A stretch of DNA of 64,000 nt from Polyangiales bacterium (GCA_044229975.1 JBGARZ010000010.1:96001-160000); one strand, 5' to 3'; shown: positions 46,054 through 55,819, numbered from the stretch's first letter. Numbers and translations are program-made. The notes: generated by a model from the letters alone, not told the origin.

Positions 46054-47006
46054 GATGCGTCCTTCTTCTGCTCGACCTGGGCGTACCCGAGGCTCTTCAG
46101 CGCATCACCCGACCGCGTCCAGTCGGGCGTCACCTGCACCCACAGCTCCAGGAAGACCTTCTTCCCCAGGAACTGCTCGATGCTCGACCGCGCCCTCGCG
46201 CCGATCGCCTTGATGCGCTCGCCGCCCGTTCCGACGAGGATCTTCTTCTGCCCGTCGCGCTCGACGTGGATGGCCGCCCGGATGCGCGGCACCGCGGGTC
46301 GCTCGTCGTAGCTCTCGATCTCCACGGCCGTCACGTACGGAACCTCCGCGCCCGTCTCGCCGATCACCGCCTCACGAATGCGCTCGGCCACGAAGTACTT
46401 CTCCGGCCGGTCGGTGAGCGTGTCCTCGGGGAAGAGCGCGGGGCCCTCCGGGAGCTCGGCCACCAGCGAGCGCAGGAGCTGCCCGATGCCGTCGTCCTGC
46501 TGCGCCGCGATGGGCACCAGCGCGAAGAACTCGCGCTTCCTGGAGTACGCCTCCAGCAGCGGGAGCAGCGCCTCCTTCGGTCGCACCCGGTCGACCTTGT
46601 TGAGCACGAGAAACACCTTCTTGGTCACCCCGGCGAGGGCTTCGAGCACGTGCTCTTCGCGGCTCGGACCGGCCATGCCGTCGCTCGCGTCGACGACCAT
46701 CACCACCACGTCGGCGCCTTCGGCGGCGGCGCGGGCCTCGGCGTTCATGTACTCGCCGAGCTTGCGGTGCGGGCGGTGGATTCCGGGCGTGTCGACCACC
46801 ACGAGCTGCGCGGGCAATCCCAGCGGGCGCGTGACGACGGCCATCACCCGGTCGCGGGTGGTCTCGGGGTTGGGCGTGACGATGGAGAGCGACTCGCCCA
46901 CGAGGGCGTTGAGCAGCGTGCTCTTGCCCACGTTTGGGCGGCCGACGAGGGCGACATAGCCCGCGCGTTCGATCGGCGCGGCGTTGGTAACAGGGGTATC
47001 GGTCAT
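46050..47006 (-). CDS. era: GTPase Era
   Basis: GRPNVGKS, DTPG, NKVD; KH domain VERDGQKKILVG. Confidence 0.97.
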   Translation of the reverse strand: MTDTPVTNAAPIERAGYVALVGRPNVGKSTLLNALVGESLSIVTPNPETTRDRVMAVVTRPLGLPAQLVVVDTPGIHRPHRKLGEYMNAEARAAAEGADVVVMVVDASDGMAGPSREEHVLEALAGVTKKVFLVLNKVDRVRPKEALLPLLEAYSRKREFFALVPIAAQQDDGIGQLLRSLVAELPEGPALFPEDTLTDRPEKYFVAERIREAVIGETGAEVPYVTAVEIESYDERPAVPRIRAAIHVERDGQKKILVGTGGERIKAIGARARSSIEQFLGKKVFLELWVQVTPDWTRSGDALKSLGYAQVEQKKDAS

Positions 47007-47056
47007 AAAGAGGGCGCAGCTTATGAGCCATCCAACGGGTGTAGACAATCCCCCCG

Positions 47057-48058
47057 ATGCCTCCCGGCTCCGCTCCGACCCGCCTCGTCACCGCGGTCGC
47101 GCTCGCGCTCGCGGCGTCGTGGGCCCGCGCGCAGTCGCCTCTTCCGAGCGTCGCCGTCGCGGGTGAGGTCACCGTCGTCACCCCGCAGCCGTCGCCCGTC
47201 GTGCTGCTGCGCGGCGGCAGCTTCGTGATGGGCGCCGACCCCGTGGGCATCGACCTGGCCAGCACCGTCTGCGTCCGCGAGCTCGACCGCTTCGTCACCG
47301 CGCAGGGCACGACCATCGCCGACGAGTCGGCGCTGCGCGGCTTCAACACCCTCATGGCGCACTGCGGCGCCGAGCAGTTCGTCGTGTCGGTCTGCGGCGC
47401 GGAGTACTTCGCCCACGAGGCCGTGGTGCACGAGGTGTGGCTGCCGACCTTCGGCATCGACCGCACCGAGGTCACCGTCGCGGCCTACGACCGCTGCGTG
47501 CGCGCGGGCGGGTGCGCCGCGCCCCTCGACGCGCCGTCGACCCCGCACACGGGTCTCGCCTCGCTGCCGGTGACGGGGGTGAGCTGGTACGACGCGCAGC
47601 GGTACTGCCGCCACGTCGGAGGAAGGCTGCCCACCGAGGCCGAGTGGGAGCGCGCGGCGCGAGGGCGCGACGGGCGGGCGTTTCCGTGGGGCTGGGTGCT
47701 CGACGGAAGACGGTTCAACCACGGCGCGCTGGCTCCGTCGTGCCGCGACGACGACGACGGTCACGCGCTCGCGTCGCCGGTGGGATCGTTTCCCGACGGG
47801 GCGTCACCCGAAGGGGTGCTCGACCTCGCGGGCAACGTGTTGGAGTGGGTGGCCGACCGCGCCGCGCCCGACCGCGCCGGGTACCTCTTCCACCGGGAGG
47901 TCGACCCGCAGGGGCCGCGCGTCGGGAGCGAGCGCGTGGTGCGGGGAGGATCGTTCGAGCTGCCGATGTTCATGGCGAGGGCGACCGCGCGCATGCGGCG
48001 ATTGCCCGGCGTGAGGCTGCGCGACCTGGGCTTTCGCTGCGCCTACGACCGCCCGTGA
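47057..48058 (+). CDS. secreted FGE-sulfatase (SUMF1-like) domain protein
   Basis: GGSFVMG; TEVT; RLPTEAEWERAARG; DLAGNVLEW; RGGSF; GFRC. Confidence 0.9.
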   Translation: MPPGSAPTRLVTAVALALAASWARAQSPLPSVAVAGEVTVVTPQPSPVVLLRGGSFVMGADPVGIDLASTVCVRELDRFVTAQGTTIADESALRGFNTLMAHCGAEQFVVSVCGAEYFAHEAVVHEVWLPTFGIDRTEVTVAAYDRCVRAGGCAAPLDAPSTPHTGLASLPVTGVSWYDAQRYCRHVGGRLPTEAEWERAARGRDGRAFPWGWVLDGRRFNHGALAPSCRDDDDGHALASPVGSFPDGASPEGVLDLAGNVLEWVADRAAPDRAGYLFHREVDPQGPRVGSERVVRGGSFELPMFMARATARMRRLPGVRLRDLGFRCAYDRP

Positions 48059-48150
48059 CGGCACCCGTGAGTGGGGATTGCCATGGGAGGCCGGACGGAT
48101 AGACTGCGCCGCCCCGAACGACCCCCCCCTCCGTGGAGTGCCCGACGATC

Positions 48151-48792
48151 ATGCGATGGACCGCGTTCCTTCTTCTTTGCCTTACGGTTGGGGGCTGCAC
48201 CACGCAGGCCGTCGGCCAGCGCTGCCAGCAAAACGCCGACTGCAACACCGACACCGATGTGTGCCGCAACGAGCTCAACCCCGGAAACGACTGTGACCAG
48301 CAGTCGTGCATCTGCTGCCCGAGCGACCCCACGGCCGCTCAAGCGGTGGCCGCGTGCCGCCCGCGCACGACTCCCGTCACCGATGCGGGCACGCGCCCGA
48401 CCACCGACAACGGCATGAGCACGGTGACCGACACCGGCGTCCGCCCCGACACCGGGTCCAGCGCCACGCCCGACGCGGGCATCACCTGCACGAGCAACAG
48501 CGGCTGCCCCATCGGCAACTACTGCGGCGGCACCACCTGCGGCGGTTCGGGTAGCTGCCTCCCGCTCCCGATGACCTGCCCCGGCGTCTTCGAACCGGTA
48601 TGCGGCTGCAACAACACCTCGTACCTCAGCGCCTGCGATGCCGCGCGGGCGGGCGTTCGGGTCAGCGCGATGGGCCAGTGCGGGACCACCGCTCCCGACG
48701 CGGGCTCCCCCATCGACGCCAGCTTCTCCGTCGACACGGGCACCACCTCCGACCTCGGCGTCACCCCCGACGTCCCCGCCTCGGTCGACTGA
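48151..48792 (+). CDS. Cys-rich lipoprotein with Kazal-type domain
   Basis: Lipobox VGGC; CP..FEPVCGCNNTSYLSAC. Confidence 0.8.
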   Translation: MRWTAFLLLCLTVGGCTTQAVGQRCQQNADCNTDTDVCRNELNPGNDCDQQSCICCPSDPTAAQAVAACRPRTTPVTDAGTRPTTDNGMSTVTDTGVRPDTGSSATPDAGITCTSNSGCPIGNYCGGTTCGGSGSCLPLPMTCPGVFEPVCGCNNTSYLSACDAARAGVRVSAMGQCGTTAPDAGSPIDASFSVDTGTTSDLGVTPDVPASVD

Positions 48793-48859
48793 CCCGTCTT
48801 CGCCGCGGCACCAATGGCCGCGTAGAGCCCATCGGGCGCCCTCTGTTAGGGTGTCCACC

Positions 48860-51715
48860 ATGCGCACAGTGAAGTCTCTCGGTGTCGTCGCGCTCCTCGC
48901 GACGCTGGTCGTGGGCTGTTCGACCGGGCTCTCCGTGGTCGGTGGCCGCACCGACGATGTGCCCGCAGTCGACGCTTCCATCGACGCTTCCATCGACCTC
49001 GGCGCGCCCGACGTCTCCACCATCGACGCCTTCGACGCGCCCTCCATCGACGGCCCCGACGTGTCCGCGATGGACGCGCCCGACGCGCCGACGCCCGACA
49101 CGCCGGATGTTCCGTTTCGGTGCGCGGCCAACGCGGACTGCGCGGGCAACGCGGGCGGCCCGGTGTGTGACACCACCACCGGGGCCTGCGTGGCCTGCAC
49201 CGCCGCGAGCGACGTGTGCCCCACCGGGCGCTACTGCGACGACGCCAGCCGTACCTGCGTGGTGGGCTGCCGTGACGACGGCGCGTGCTCGGGCGCACCG
49301 GCCGACGCGGGCTCTCCGGCCGATGGTTCGACGGGGCGTGGCCGTCGCTGCGACCGCGTGTCGCGCACCTGCGTCGAGTGCCTGGACAACCCCGACTGCC
49401 CGGCCGGAACCCTCTGCGTCGGCAGCATCTGCGTGACCGGCTGCACCGCGGGTAGTCCGTGCCCGTCGGGGCAGACGTGCTGCTCCGGGGCCTGCGTCGA
49501 CAACCTCGCCAACGTCGCCCACTGCGGCGGCTGCGACCTGCGCTGCTCGGTCCCCAACGGAACGCCCAATTGCCTCAACGGCAACTGCACCGTCGGCACC
49601 TGCGCCGCGCCGTTCGGCAACTGCGACGGCAACAACACCAACGGCTGCGAGACCAACACCCTCGTCTCCGTCGAGCACTGCGGCGGCTGCGGCGTTTTGT
49701 GCGCCACGCCCGCCAACGCGACGCCGACGTGTACCGCGGGGACGTGCGGGTTCGCCTGCGTGGCGGGCTTCGCCGACTGCGACGGCAACCCGGCCAACGG
49801 CTGCGAGGTCGCGCTCGGCGGTGACGTCACGCACTGCGGGAGCTGCACGACGGTGTGCAATCCCCCCAACGGGACGGCCGCGTGCGCGGCGGGCGTGTGC
49901 GCCATCGCGGCGTGCGCGGCGGGCTTCGGCGACTGCGACGGCAACGCGACCAACGGGTGCGAGACCGACGTGCGGCGCAGCGTGGGCAACTGCGGCGGCT
50001 GCGGGCGCGCGTGCCCCGACCGGGCCAACGCCTTCCCGGGCTGCCTCGCGGGGACGTGCGTCAACTCCTGCGTCACGGGTCACCAGGACTGCAACGGCGT
50101 CGAGGCCGACGGCTGCGAGGCCGACCTGCGCGTGGACGGCGCCAACTGCGGGTCGTGCGGTCGGGCGTGCAGCCCCTCCAACGCGACCGGGGCGTGCACG
50201 ACGGGGCGCTGCGCGATCGTGCGCTGCGACGACGGCTTCGCCGACTGCGACGGCAACGCGGACAACGGCTGCGAGGTCAACCTCCGCAGCAACGCCTCGC
50301 ACTGCGGCGCGTGCAACAACGTGTGCAGCGCGACGGGCGGAACGGCCGCGTGCATCGCGGGCGTGTGCGGGCTGACCACCTGCATGACGGGCCTCGCCGA
50401 CTGCGACCGCGCGGGCAACAGCTGCGAGACCAACACCACCAACGACCCGCGCAACTGCGGCGGCTGCGGGAGCGTCTGCGACGTCCCCAACGCCACCGCC
50501 GGGTGCGCGGGGAGCATGTGCACCGTCGCGGGATGCAACGCGGGCTTCGGCAATTGCAGTGGTGGTGCGGCCGACGGTTGCGAGACCAACCTCAACACCA
50601 CGGTCACGTCCTGCGGGGCTTGTGGGACGGTGTGCAGCGTGCCCAACGCGACGCCTGCGTGTCGCGAGGGGCGGTGCGCGGTGGGGCGCTGCAACGACGG
50701 CTTCGCCGACTGCGACGGCAACCCGGCCAACGGGTGCGAGGTCAACACGCAGGTCACGGTCGGGGCGTGCGGGGCGTGCGGCAACGTGTGCTCGACGCCC
50801 AACGGGTCGCCCGGTTGCTCGGGCGGGACGTGCACGGTCGCGGGTTGCAACGGCGGCTTCGCCAACTGCAACAACGCGACGGGTGACGGCTGCGAGGTCA
50901 ACGTCACCAACGACCCGCGCAACTGCGGCGTGTGCGGTCGCGGGTGCTCGTTGGCCAACACGGCGGTGGCGGGCTGCGGCGCGGGGGCGTGCACGGTGGT
51001 GACGTGCGCCGGGGGCTACGCCGACTGCAACGGCGGGGCGAGCGACGGGTGCGAGGTCAACGTGAGCAACGACGCCAACAACTGCGGCGGCTGCGGCACG
51101 CGGTGCGCGTCGGGGGTGTGCCGCGAGGGCGCGTGCCAGAGCTTCGGCGGGGGCTACGAGGTGAGCGGGGCGCCGTGCAGCAACTGCCACAACACCAACG
51201 CGTTTACGGGGTCGTGCGGGTGCCCGTCGGGCTTCCCCTCGACGGTGAGCTGGGGGGTCATCAATGACTGCCAGCGGGCGGGGTCGCAGATCAGCGCGGC
51301 GACGACGTTCTGCGGAGCGGCGGGTACGCCTACGGGTGAGTACGGCGGGGCGTACCAGCAGGACGACGGGGTCACCGGGGGCATCGGGTGCCGCGCGAGC
51401 AACCCGTACACGGGCGGGTGCTCGTGCCCGGGCGGGTACACGGCCATCGGGTTTCGCACGCTGGTCTACGGGACGGGCAGCCGCATCATCGGGTCGAACC
51501 CGGCGATCTGCGTGTCGTCGAGCGGCCCGCGGCCGTCGTTCGGCGGGGCGTTTCAGGTGGATGATGCGGTTCCGGGTGGCGTCGGGTGCCGGGCGGGCAA
51601 TCCCCTCACGGGCGGGTGCTCGTGCCCGGCGGGCTACGGCGGGTCGGCGCTGCGGGTGGAGGTCGACAGCAGCGCGGGCTTCATCGGGTCGCAGGTGATC
51701 CTGTGCGTGCGGTGA
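48860..51715 (+). CDS. large Cys-rich repeat lipoprotein with three-repeat C-terminal domain
   Basis: Lipobox VVGC; ten CDGN..NGCE-type repeats; three C-terminal (F/Y)GG...N..TG.C.CP.G repeats. Confidence 0.85.
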   Translation: MRTVKSLGVVALLATLVVGCSTGLSVVGGRTDDVPAVDASIDASIDLGAPDVSTIDAFDAPSIDGPDVSAMDAPDAPTPDTPDVPFRCAANADCAGNAGGPVCDTTTGACVACTAASDVCPTGRYCDDASRTCVVGCRDDGACSGAPADAGSPADGSTGRGRRCDRVSRTCVECLDNPDCPAGTLCVGSICVTGCTAGSPCPSGQTCCSGACVDNLANVAHCGGCDLRCSVPNGTPNCLNGNCTVGTCAAPFGNCDGNNTNGCETNTLVSVEHCGGCGVLCATPANATPTCTAGTCGFACVAGFADCDGNPANGCEVALGGDVTHCGSCTTVCNPPNGTAACAAGVCAIAACAAGFGDCDGNATNGCETDVRRSVGNCGGCGRACPDRANAFPGCLAGTCVNSCVTGHQDCNGVEADGCEADLRVDGANCGSCGRACSPSNATGACTTGRCAIVRCDDGFADCDGNADNGCEVNLRSNASHCGACNNVCSATGGTAACIAGVCGLTTCMTGLADCDRAGNSCETNTTNDPRNCGGCGSVCDVPNATAGCAGSMCTVAGCNAGFGNCSGGAADGCETNLNTTVTSCGACGTVCSVPNATPACREGRCAVGRCNDGFADCDGNPANGCEVNTQVTVGACGACGNVCSTPNGSPGCSGGTCTVAGCNGGFANCNNATGDGCEVNVTNDPRNCGVCGRGCSLANTAVAGCGAGACTVVTCAGGYADCNGGASDGCEVNVSNDANNCGGCGTRCASGVCREGACQSFGGGYEVSGAPCSNCHNTNAFTGSCGCPSGFPSTVSWGVINDCQRAGSQISAATTFCGAAGTPTGEYGGAYQQDDGVTGGIGCRASNPYTGGCSCPGGYTAIGFRTLVYGTGSRIIGSNPAICVSSSGPRPSFGGAFQVDDAVPGGVGCRAGNPLTGGCSCPAGYGGSALRVEVDSSAGFIGSQVILCVR

Positions 51716-51732
51716 GGTAGAGCAGCAAGACG

Positions 51733-52416
51733 ATGAGAGATTCGATCCTGGCCGGGCCGTCGGTGTTCAGCGTGCTGCGCGAGCGGCGGAGCGTGCGGGG
51801 CTTCCTGCCCGACGAGGTTCACGCCGAGACGCTGGAGGCGATCTTCGAGGCGGCGCAGCACGCGCCGTCGTGGTGCAACATCCAGCCGTGGCGGGCGTGG
51901 GTCACGCGCGGCGAGCAGACCCGCGCGGTGGCTGCGGCGATGATGAAGGCCGCGGAGACGGAGGCCCCGGCGCCGGACTTCGCGTGGCCGCCGGAGTACC
52001 CCGAGCCGTACGGTCGGCACCGGGTGGAGTGCGGCGTGGCGCTGTACACCGCGATGGGCGTGGCGCGCACCGACCGGCCGGCCCGTCACGACGCGTGGAT
52101 GCGCAACTTCCGGGCGTTCGACGCGCCGCACATCGCGCTGGTGGCGATCGACAAGCGCTTCAACCACTACGCGATGCTCGACCTCGGGTGCTGGCTCCAG
52201 TCGGTGCTGCTCGCGGCGCAGTCGTACGGCGTGGCGACGTGCGCCGAGGCGAGCCTGGCGACGTTCCCGGGGGCGGTGCGCGGGCTGCTGGGGATTCCCG
52301 ACGAGCTCGGCGTCGTGGTGGGCATCGCCATGGGCTACGAAGACCCGGCGGTGAAGGCCAACGGGTGCCGCACGACGCGCGCGCCGCTCGACGCCAACGT
52401 GCGCTTCGTGGGGTAG
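51733..52416 (+). CDS. nitroreductase family protein
   Basis: RRSVRGF...APSWCNIQPW; NFRAFDAP; DLGCWLQSVLLAA; GIAMGYED. Confidence 0.92.
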   Translation: MRDSILAGPSVFSVLRERRSVRGFLPDEVHAETLEAIFEAAQHAPSWCNIQPWRAWVTRGEQTRAVAAAMMKAAETEAPAPDFAWPPEYPEPYGRHRVECGVALYTAMGVARTDRPARHDAWMRNFRAFDAPHIALVAIDKRFNHYAMLDLGCWLQSVLLAAQSYGVATCAEASLATFPGAVRGLLGIPDELGVVVGIAMGYEDPAVKANGCRTTRAPLDANVRFVG

Positions 52417-52447
52417 CGACGAGCGGCGTGATACACCGGGCGTAGCC

Positions 52448-53680
52448 ATGTGGATCGAGCGGCTGACGCTGAAAGACTTCCGGGGCTTCGCGGAGCTGGA
52501 GCTGGATCTCGACCGGGCCGTGACCGTGCTGGTGGGCGTCAACGGGTCGGGCAAGAGCTCGGTGCTGGACGCGATTGCGATCGTAGTGCGACCGCAGATC
52601 GAGACCAAGACGAGTGCGAGGTTGGACGGCCGTCTGTTGGAGTCGAGTGACCTCCGACAGGGGACATCGTTGGCCTCGATCAGGCTTGGTGTTCGATATC
52701 CCGATGGAGCCTACGAATCTGGTGTTTCTGGCCACATCGCCGGGGGCACCCTTTTCAGAACAGACGAGTGGAACGCTACCGGTTTCGGTGCGCGCGACGG
52801 TGGAACGATCCCGCTCGTACTTCATGTGCGGAGTCCGCGTGCCCTGAGCGTCGCGGACGTGCTCGTGCCACCAAGGCTCGCGACGACCCGACAGCAACGT
52901 CCCGGGCTCGCTGCTATTGACGATGCACTCGAAGGGTCACTCCTCGCCTTCGCGCCCTTCGTTGCTTGGTACCGCGAGCAGGAGGACGTCGAGAACGAGC
53001 GTCGTCGCGACGGCCAACCGGATCACGAAGACCCGCTGCTCAGCGCAGTGCGACGCGCCCTCCTCCAGGTCGTGCCCGAGTACACAGACCTCCGCGTTCG
53101 TCGCCTTCCGTCGCCTCATCTCACCGTGCGTAAGGCTGGCGTCACGCTCTCGCTCACGCAGCTCTCCGAAGGCGAGAAGAACCTCCTCGCGCTCGTCGGC
53201 GACATCGCGCGCCGCATGGCCATCGCCGACCCGACCGCCGACGATCCCCTCCAGACCGAGGCGGTGATCCTCATCGACGAGATCGAACTGCATCTCCATC
53301 CCGCGTGGCAACGTCGCGTGCTCCCGCGGCTGCGGGCAGCGTTTCCGCGCTCGCAGTTCATTGTCACGACGCACTCGCCGCAGGTGGTCGCGTCGGTTCC
53401 CGCGGAGTCGGTGGTCGTGCTCAAGGACTTCGTCGCACGGCGCCAGTGGCACCCGACGGAGGGGCGCGACAGCAACGCCATCCTGCGGGAGGTGTTCGGT
53501 GATCCGTCGCGTCCGCAGGAGGCGGCCGCGGAGATCGATGCCGTCCGTGCGTTGATCGACGCCGAGCAGCTCGACGAAGCGCGAGCCCGGCTGAAGACGC
53601 TGGCGGCGAAGTTCTCCGAGCAGGACGACGACGTGCTCGACCTCCGCACGCGGCTCGACTTCGCCGAGGTTGGTCTTTGA
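52448..53680 (+). CDS. ABC/AAA ATPase, PtuA-like (Septu-type defence)
   Basis: GVNGSGKS; LSEGEK; ILIDEIELHLHPAWQ; TTHSP; GRDSNAILREVF. Confidence 0.85.
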   Translation: MWIERLTLKDFRGFAELELDLDRAVTVLVGVNGSGKSSVLDAIAIVVRPQIETKTSARLDGRLLESSDLRQGTSLASIRLGVRYPDGAYESGVSGHIAGGTLFRTDEWNATGFGARDGGTIPLVLHVRSPRALSVADVLVPPRLATTRQQRPGLAAIDDALEGSLLAFAPFVAWYREQEDVENERRRDGQPDHEDPLLSAVRRALLQVVPEYTDLRVRRLPSPHLTVRKAGVTLSLTQLSEGEKNLLALVGDIARRMAIADPTADDPLQTEAVILIDEIELHLHPAWQRRVLPRLRAAFPRSQFIVTTHSPQVVASVPAESVVVLKDFVARRQWHPTEGRDSNAILREVFGDPSRPQEAAAEIDAVRALIDAEQLDEARARLKTLAAKFSEQDDDVLDLRTRLDFAEVGL

Positions 53681-54351
53681 TCCTGATCAGCAAGGGCCCA
53701 CCGCCCGCTGCGCTCACGACCTACCGACTCCAGCCCGACACGACCGTCGAGCCGCCCCGCGCCTCCCGCTACGACGGACCCGGCTTCGATGAGGTGAAGC
53801 CGGATGTCCGCGCGGCCCTGCTCGCCGAGCAACGTGGCGTCTGCTGCTACTGCACCGATCGCATCACCGACAAGACGATGAAGATCGAGCATCGGGTGGC
53901 GCAGTCGGCGGACGAGTTCCGCACGCTCGACTGGCCCAACCTCTTTGGCGCGTGTTGCGGCGAGACCGACAACCCGGCCGGTGACGGCGCGAAGATCCTC
54001 CACTGCGACTCCGCGAAGGGCAGTCGTCCGATCGCGGTCGACCCCACCAACCCCTCTCACGCCGCGACCCTCTCGTACCGCAACGACGGAACGCTCGTCT
54101 CCGCCCAGCCCGCGCATCAGGCGGACATCGACGACGTGTTGAGGCTGAACGTCACCGCGCTGCGCGATCGAAGGCGTCGCGAGCTCACGAAGCTCCAGCG
54201 CGTTCTCAGCGAGCGACATCCCGCAAAGAAGCTTCCTCGCGTCGGACTCCAGAAGCTGCTGGACCTCCACCGCAACCCTCGTGGCGACCACGCGCCCTTC
54301 GTCGGCTTCCTGTGCTGGTGGCTCGAACGCGCGCTCCGCAAGGCCGCTTAG
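53677..54351 (+). CDS. HNH endonuclease, PtuB/TIGR02646-like
   Basis: EQRGVCCYC...IEH...DWPNLFGAC...HCDSAK; TTG start overlaps the ATPase stop. Confidence 0.85.
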   Translation: MILISKGPPPAALTTYRLQPDTTVEPPRASRYDGPGFDEVKPDVRAALLAEQRGVCCYCTDRITDKTMKIEHRVAQSADEFRTLDWPNLFGACCGETDNPAGDGAKILHCDSAKGSRPIAVDPTNPSHAATLSYRNDGTLVSAQPAHQADIDDVLRLNVTALRDRRRRELTKLQRVLSERHPAKKLPRVGLQKLLDLHRNPRGDHAPFVGFLCWWLERALRKAA

Positions 54352-54383
54352 CGGTTACTGAGCGCCGGGCGACGGTGGCGGCG

Positions 54384-54521
54384 GAAGCCGCAAGGGCGCG
54401 AGGGTCGCAAGGGGGCCTGAATGTCGGGGTCGACGACTCGGAAGGTCGTCACCCAGCGGTTTCGTCTCGCCTTCATCCTTCGCGCTCCTTCCGGTTGCGA
54501 CCCTCGCGTCCTTGCGGCTTC
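54384..54521. repeat. palindrome with 27-bp arms (1 mismatch) inside the islet
   Basis: GAAGCCGCAAGGGCGCGAGGGTCGCAA pairs with TTGCGACCCTCGCGTCCTTGCGGCTTC. Confidence 0.85.
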
Positions 54522-54688
54522 TACCGTCTGCTCCGAACGCGCGCCGCTCGACGCCAACGTGCGCTTCGTGGGTTGAATCACCCGCCTCCGACCTCCGTTC
54601 ATCCCACCAGCACCGACGATCGCCGACTGCGCCGCTCCCTCTGCGGCGCCCGCGCGTCTCGCCCGTTGCCATCGGTCGGAGGTCTCCC

Positions 54689-55690
54689 ATGAAGTACCGC
54701 GCGCTCGTCCGCTCCGTCGTCTGCGTTACCATGGCCACCTCGCTCTCGGCCTGCCTCGGCGGCCCCGTCTCCAGCTTCGATCGCCCCGTCGCCGTCACCG
54801 CCGTGCCCGCCGCCAACGACCCGATCGCCGTCGCGGCCACCACCGACGAGACCGCGGTCGCGCCCGACGCGCAGCCCGCGGCCTGCGTCGCGTCCGATGA
54901 AGTCTGCGACGGCGTCGACAATGACTGTGATGGCCAGGTCGACGAGCTCGATCGCTGCCACGCCCCGGAGCTCGTCTGCGTCACGGCCCCCGTCCTCGGC
55001 GACCCGTCGCGCCTCGCGTGGACCACCACGCTCCACAGCGACGCCCTCGTCGCCGCCCGGTCGGACGTCGGCCTCGCGGGTGAGGCCGCGCCGCCCGCCG
55101 TGTACTACCGCGTGACGCTCACCGAGGACTCGCTCCTTGCCGTGCGATCGGCCCGCCCCGTCGCGGTGCTCGCCGACGCGTGCGCCACCGCCCGCGCGCA
55201 GACCGCCACCGCGTCGCAGGGATGCGGCGACGAGCGCATCGAGCTCTTCGCGCTCGACAAGGGCGAGTACACGCTGCGCTTCGAGGGCGCGCGCACCGAC
55301 GCCGTCGACGCCACGGTGCAGGCGATGCCGCTGCCCGACCGCGCGACGGGCTACCACCTCCGCACCTGGGAAGAACTCTCCGAGCGCTTCTACGTGAGCG
55401 CGGTGGCCAACGACCCCGACGCCCGCTGGAGCCCGCCGTGCGGCGCGGGGCCGCGGCCGTGGTCGGTCGAGGCGGTGTACGGGTGCGTCGCCCCGTCGGC
55501 GGTGCGCGTCGAGGTGAGCGGGTCGCCCGCGCTGAGGCTCGCGTCCGTCCAGGGTGACGACGCGGCGGTGTGCGTCTCGCCCGGAACCGCCGAACTCACG
55601 GTGTCACCGCGGGATATTGTTCATCGCTTCGTGGTGAGCGCGGCGGCGGGAGGGTACGGCGGGCTCTGGGTGACGGCCTCGTCGAGGTAG
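54689..55690 (+). CDS. lipoprotein with one putative metal-binding motif
   Basis: GGAGG RBS; lipobox LSAC; EVCDGVDNDCDGQVDE. Confidence 0.75.
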   Translation: MKYRALVRSVVCVTMATSLSACLGGPVSSFDRPVAVTAVPAANDPIAVAATTDETAVAPDAQPAACVASDEVCDGVDNDCDGQVDELDRCHAPELVCVTAPVLGDPSRLAWTTTLHSDALVAARSDVGLAGEAAPPAVYYRVTLTEDSLLAVRSARPVAVLADACATARAQTATASQGCGDERIELFALDKGEYTLRFEGARTDAVDATVQAMPLPDRATGYHLRTWEELSERFYVSAVANDPDARWSPPCGAGPRPWSVEAVYGCVAPSAVRVEVSGSPALRLASVQGDDAAVCVSPGTAELTVSPRDIVHRFVVSAAAGGYGGLWVTASSR

Positions 55691-55819
55691 GTGCGTGGCC
55701 TCCGGGCTCCCACAAACCGTGGGTCAATCGTCACGCTCCCCCTTGAGGCCGGACCACCATCGACCGATCGAGCACAGAGATGGCGCGATGACGGTTGGTC
55801 GACGCGCAGGGATACGTCC

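Larger units (their letters stand above)
52378..54572. mobile_element. 2.2-kb islet bounded by 35-bp direct repeats that duplicate the nitroreductase 3' end
   Basis: CGCGCGCCGCTCGACGCCAACGTGCGCTTCGTGGG at 52378-52412 and 54538-54572; no integrase inside. Confidence 0.75.

Noticed and set aside
30600..48058. Diversity-generating retroelement targeting the two FGE-fold proteins
   Set aside because: No RT, and no template/variable repeat pair differing at adenines was seen.
52448..54530. Complete retron (Ec78-like) system
   Set aside because: No reverse transcriptase in the islet or window, and the hairpin cannot be shown to be msr-msd.
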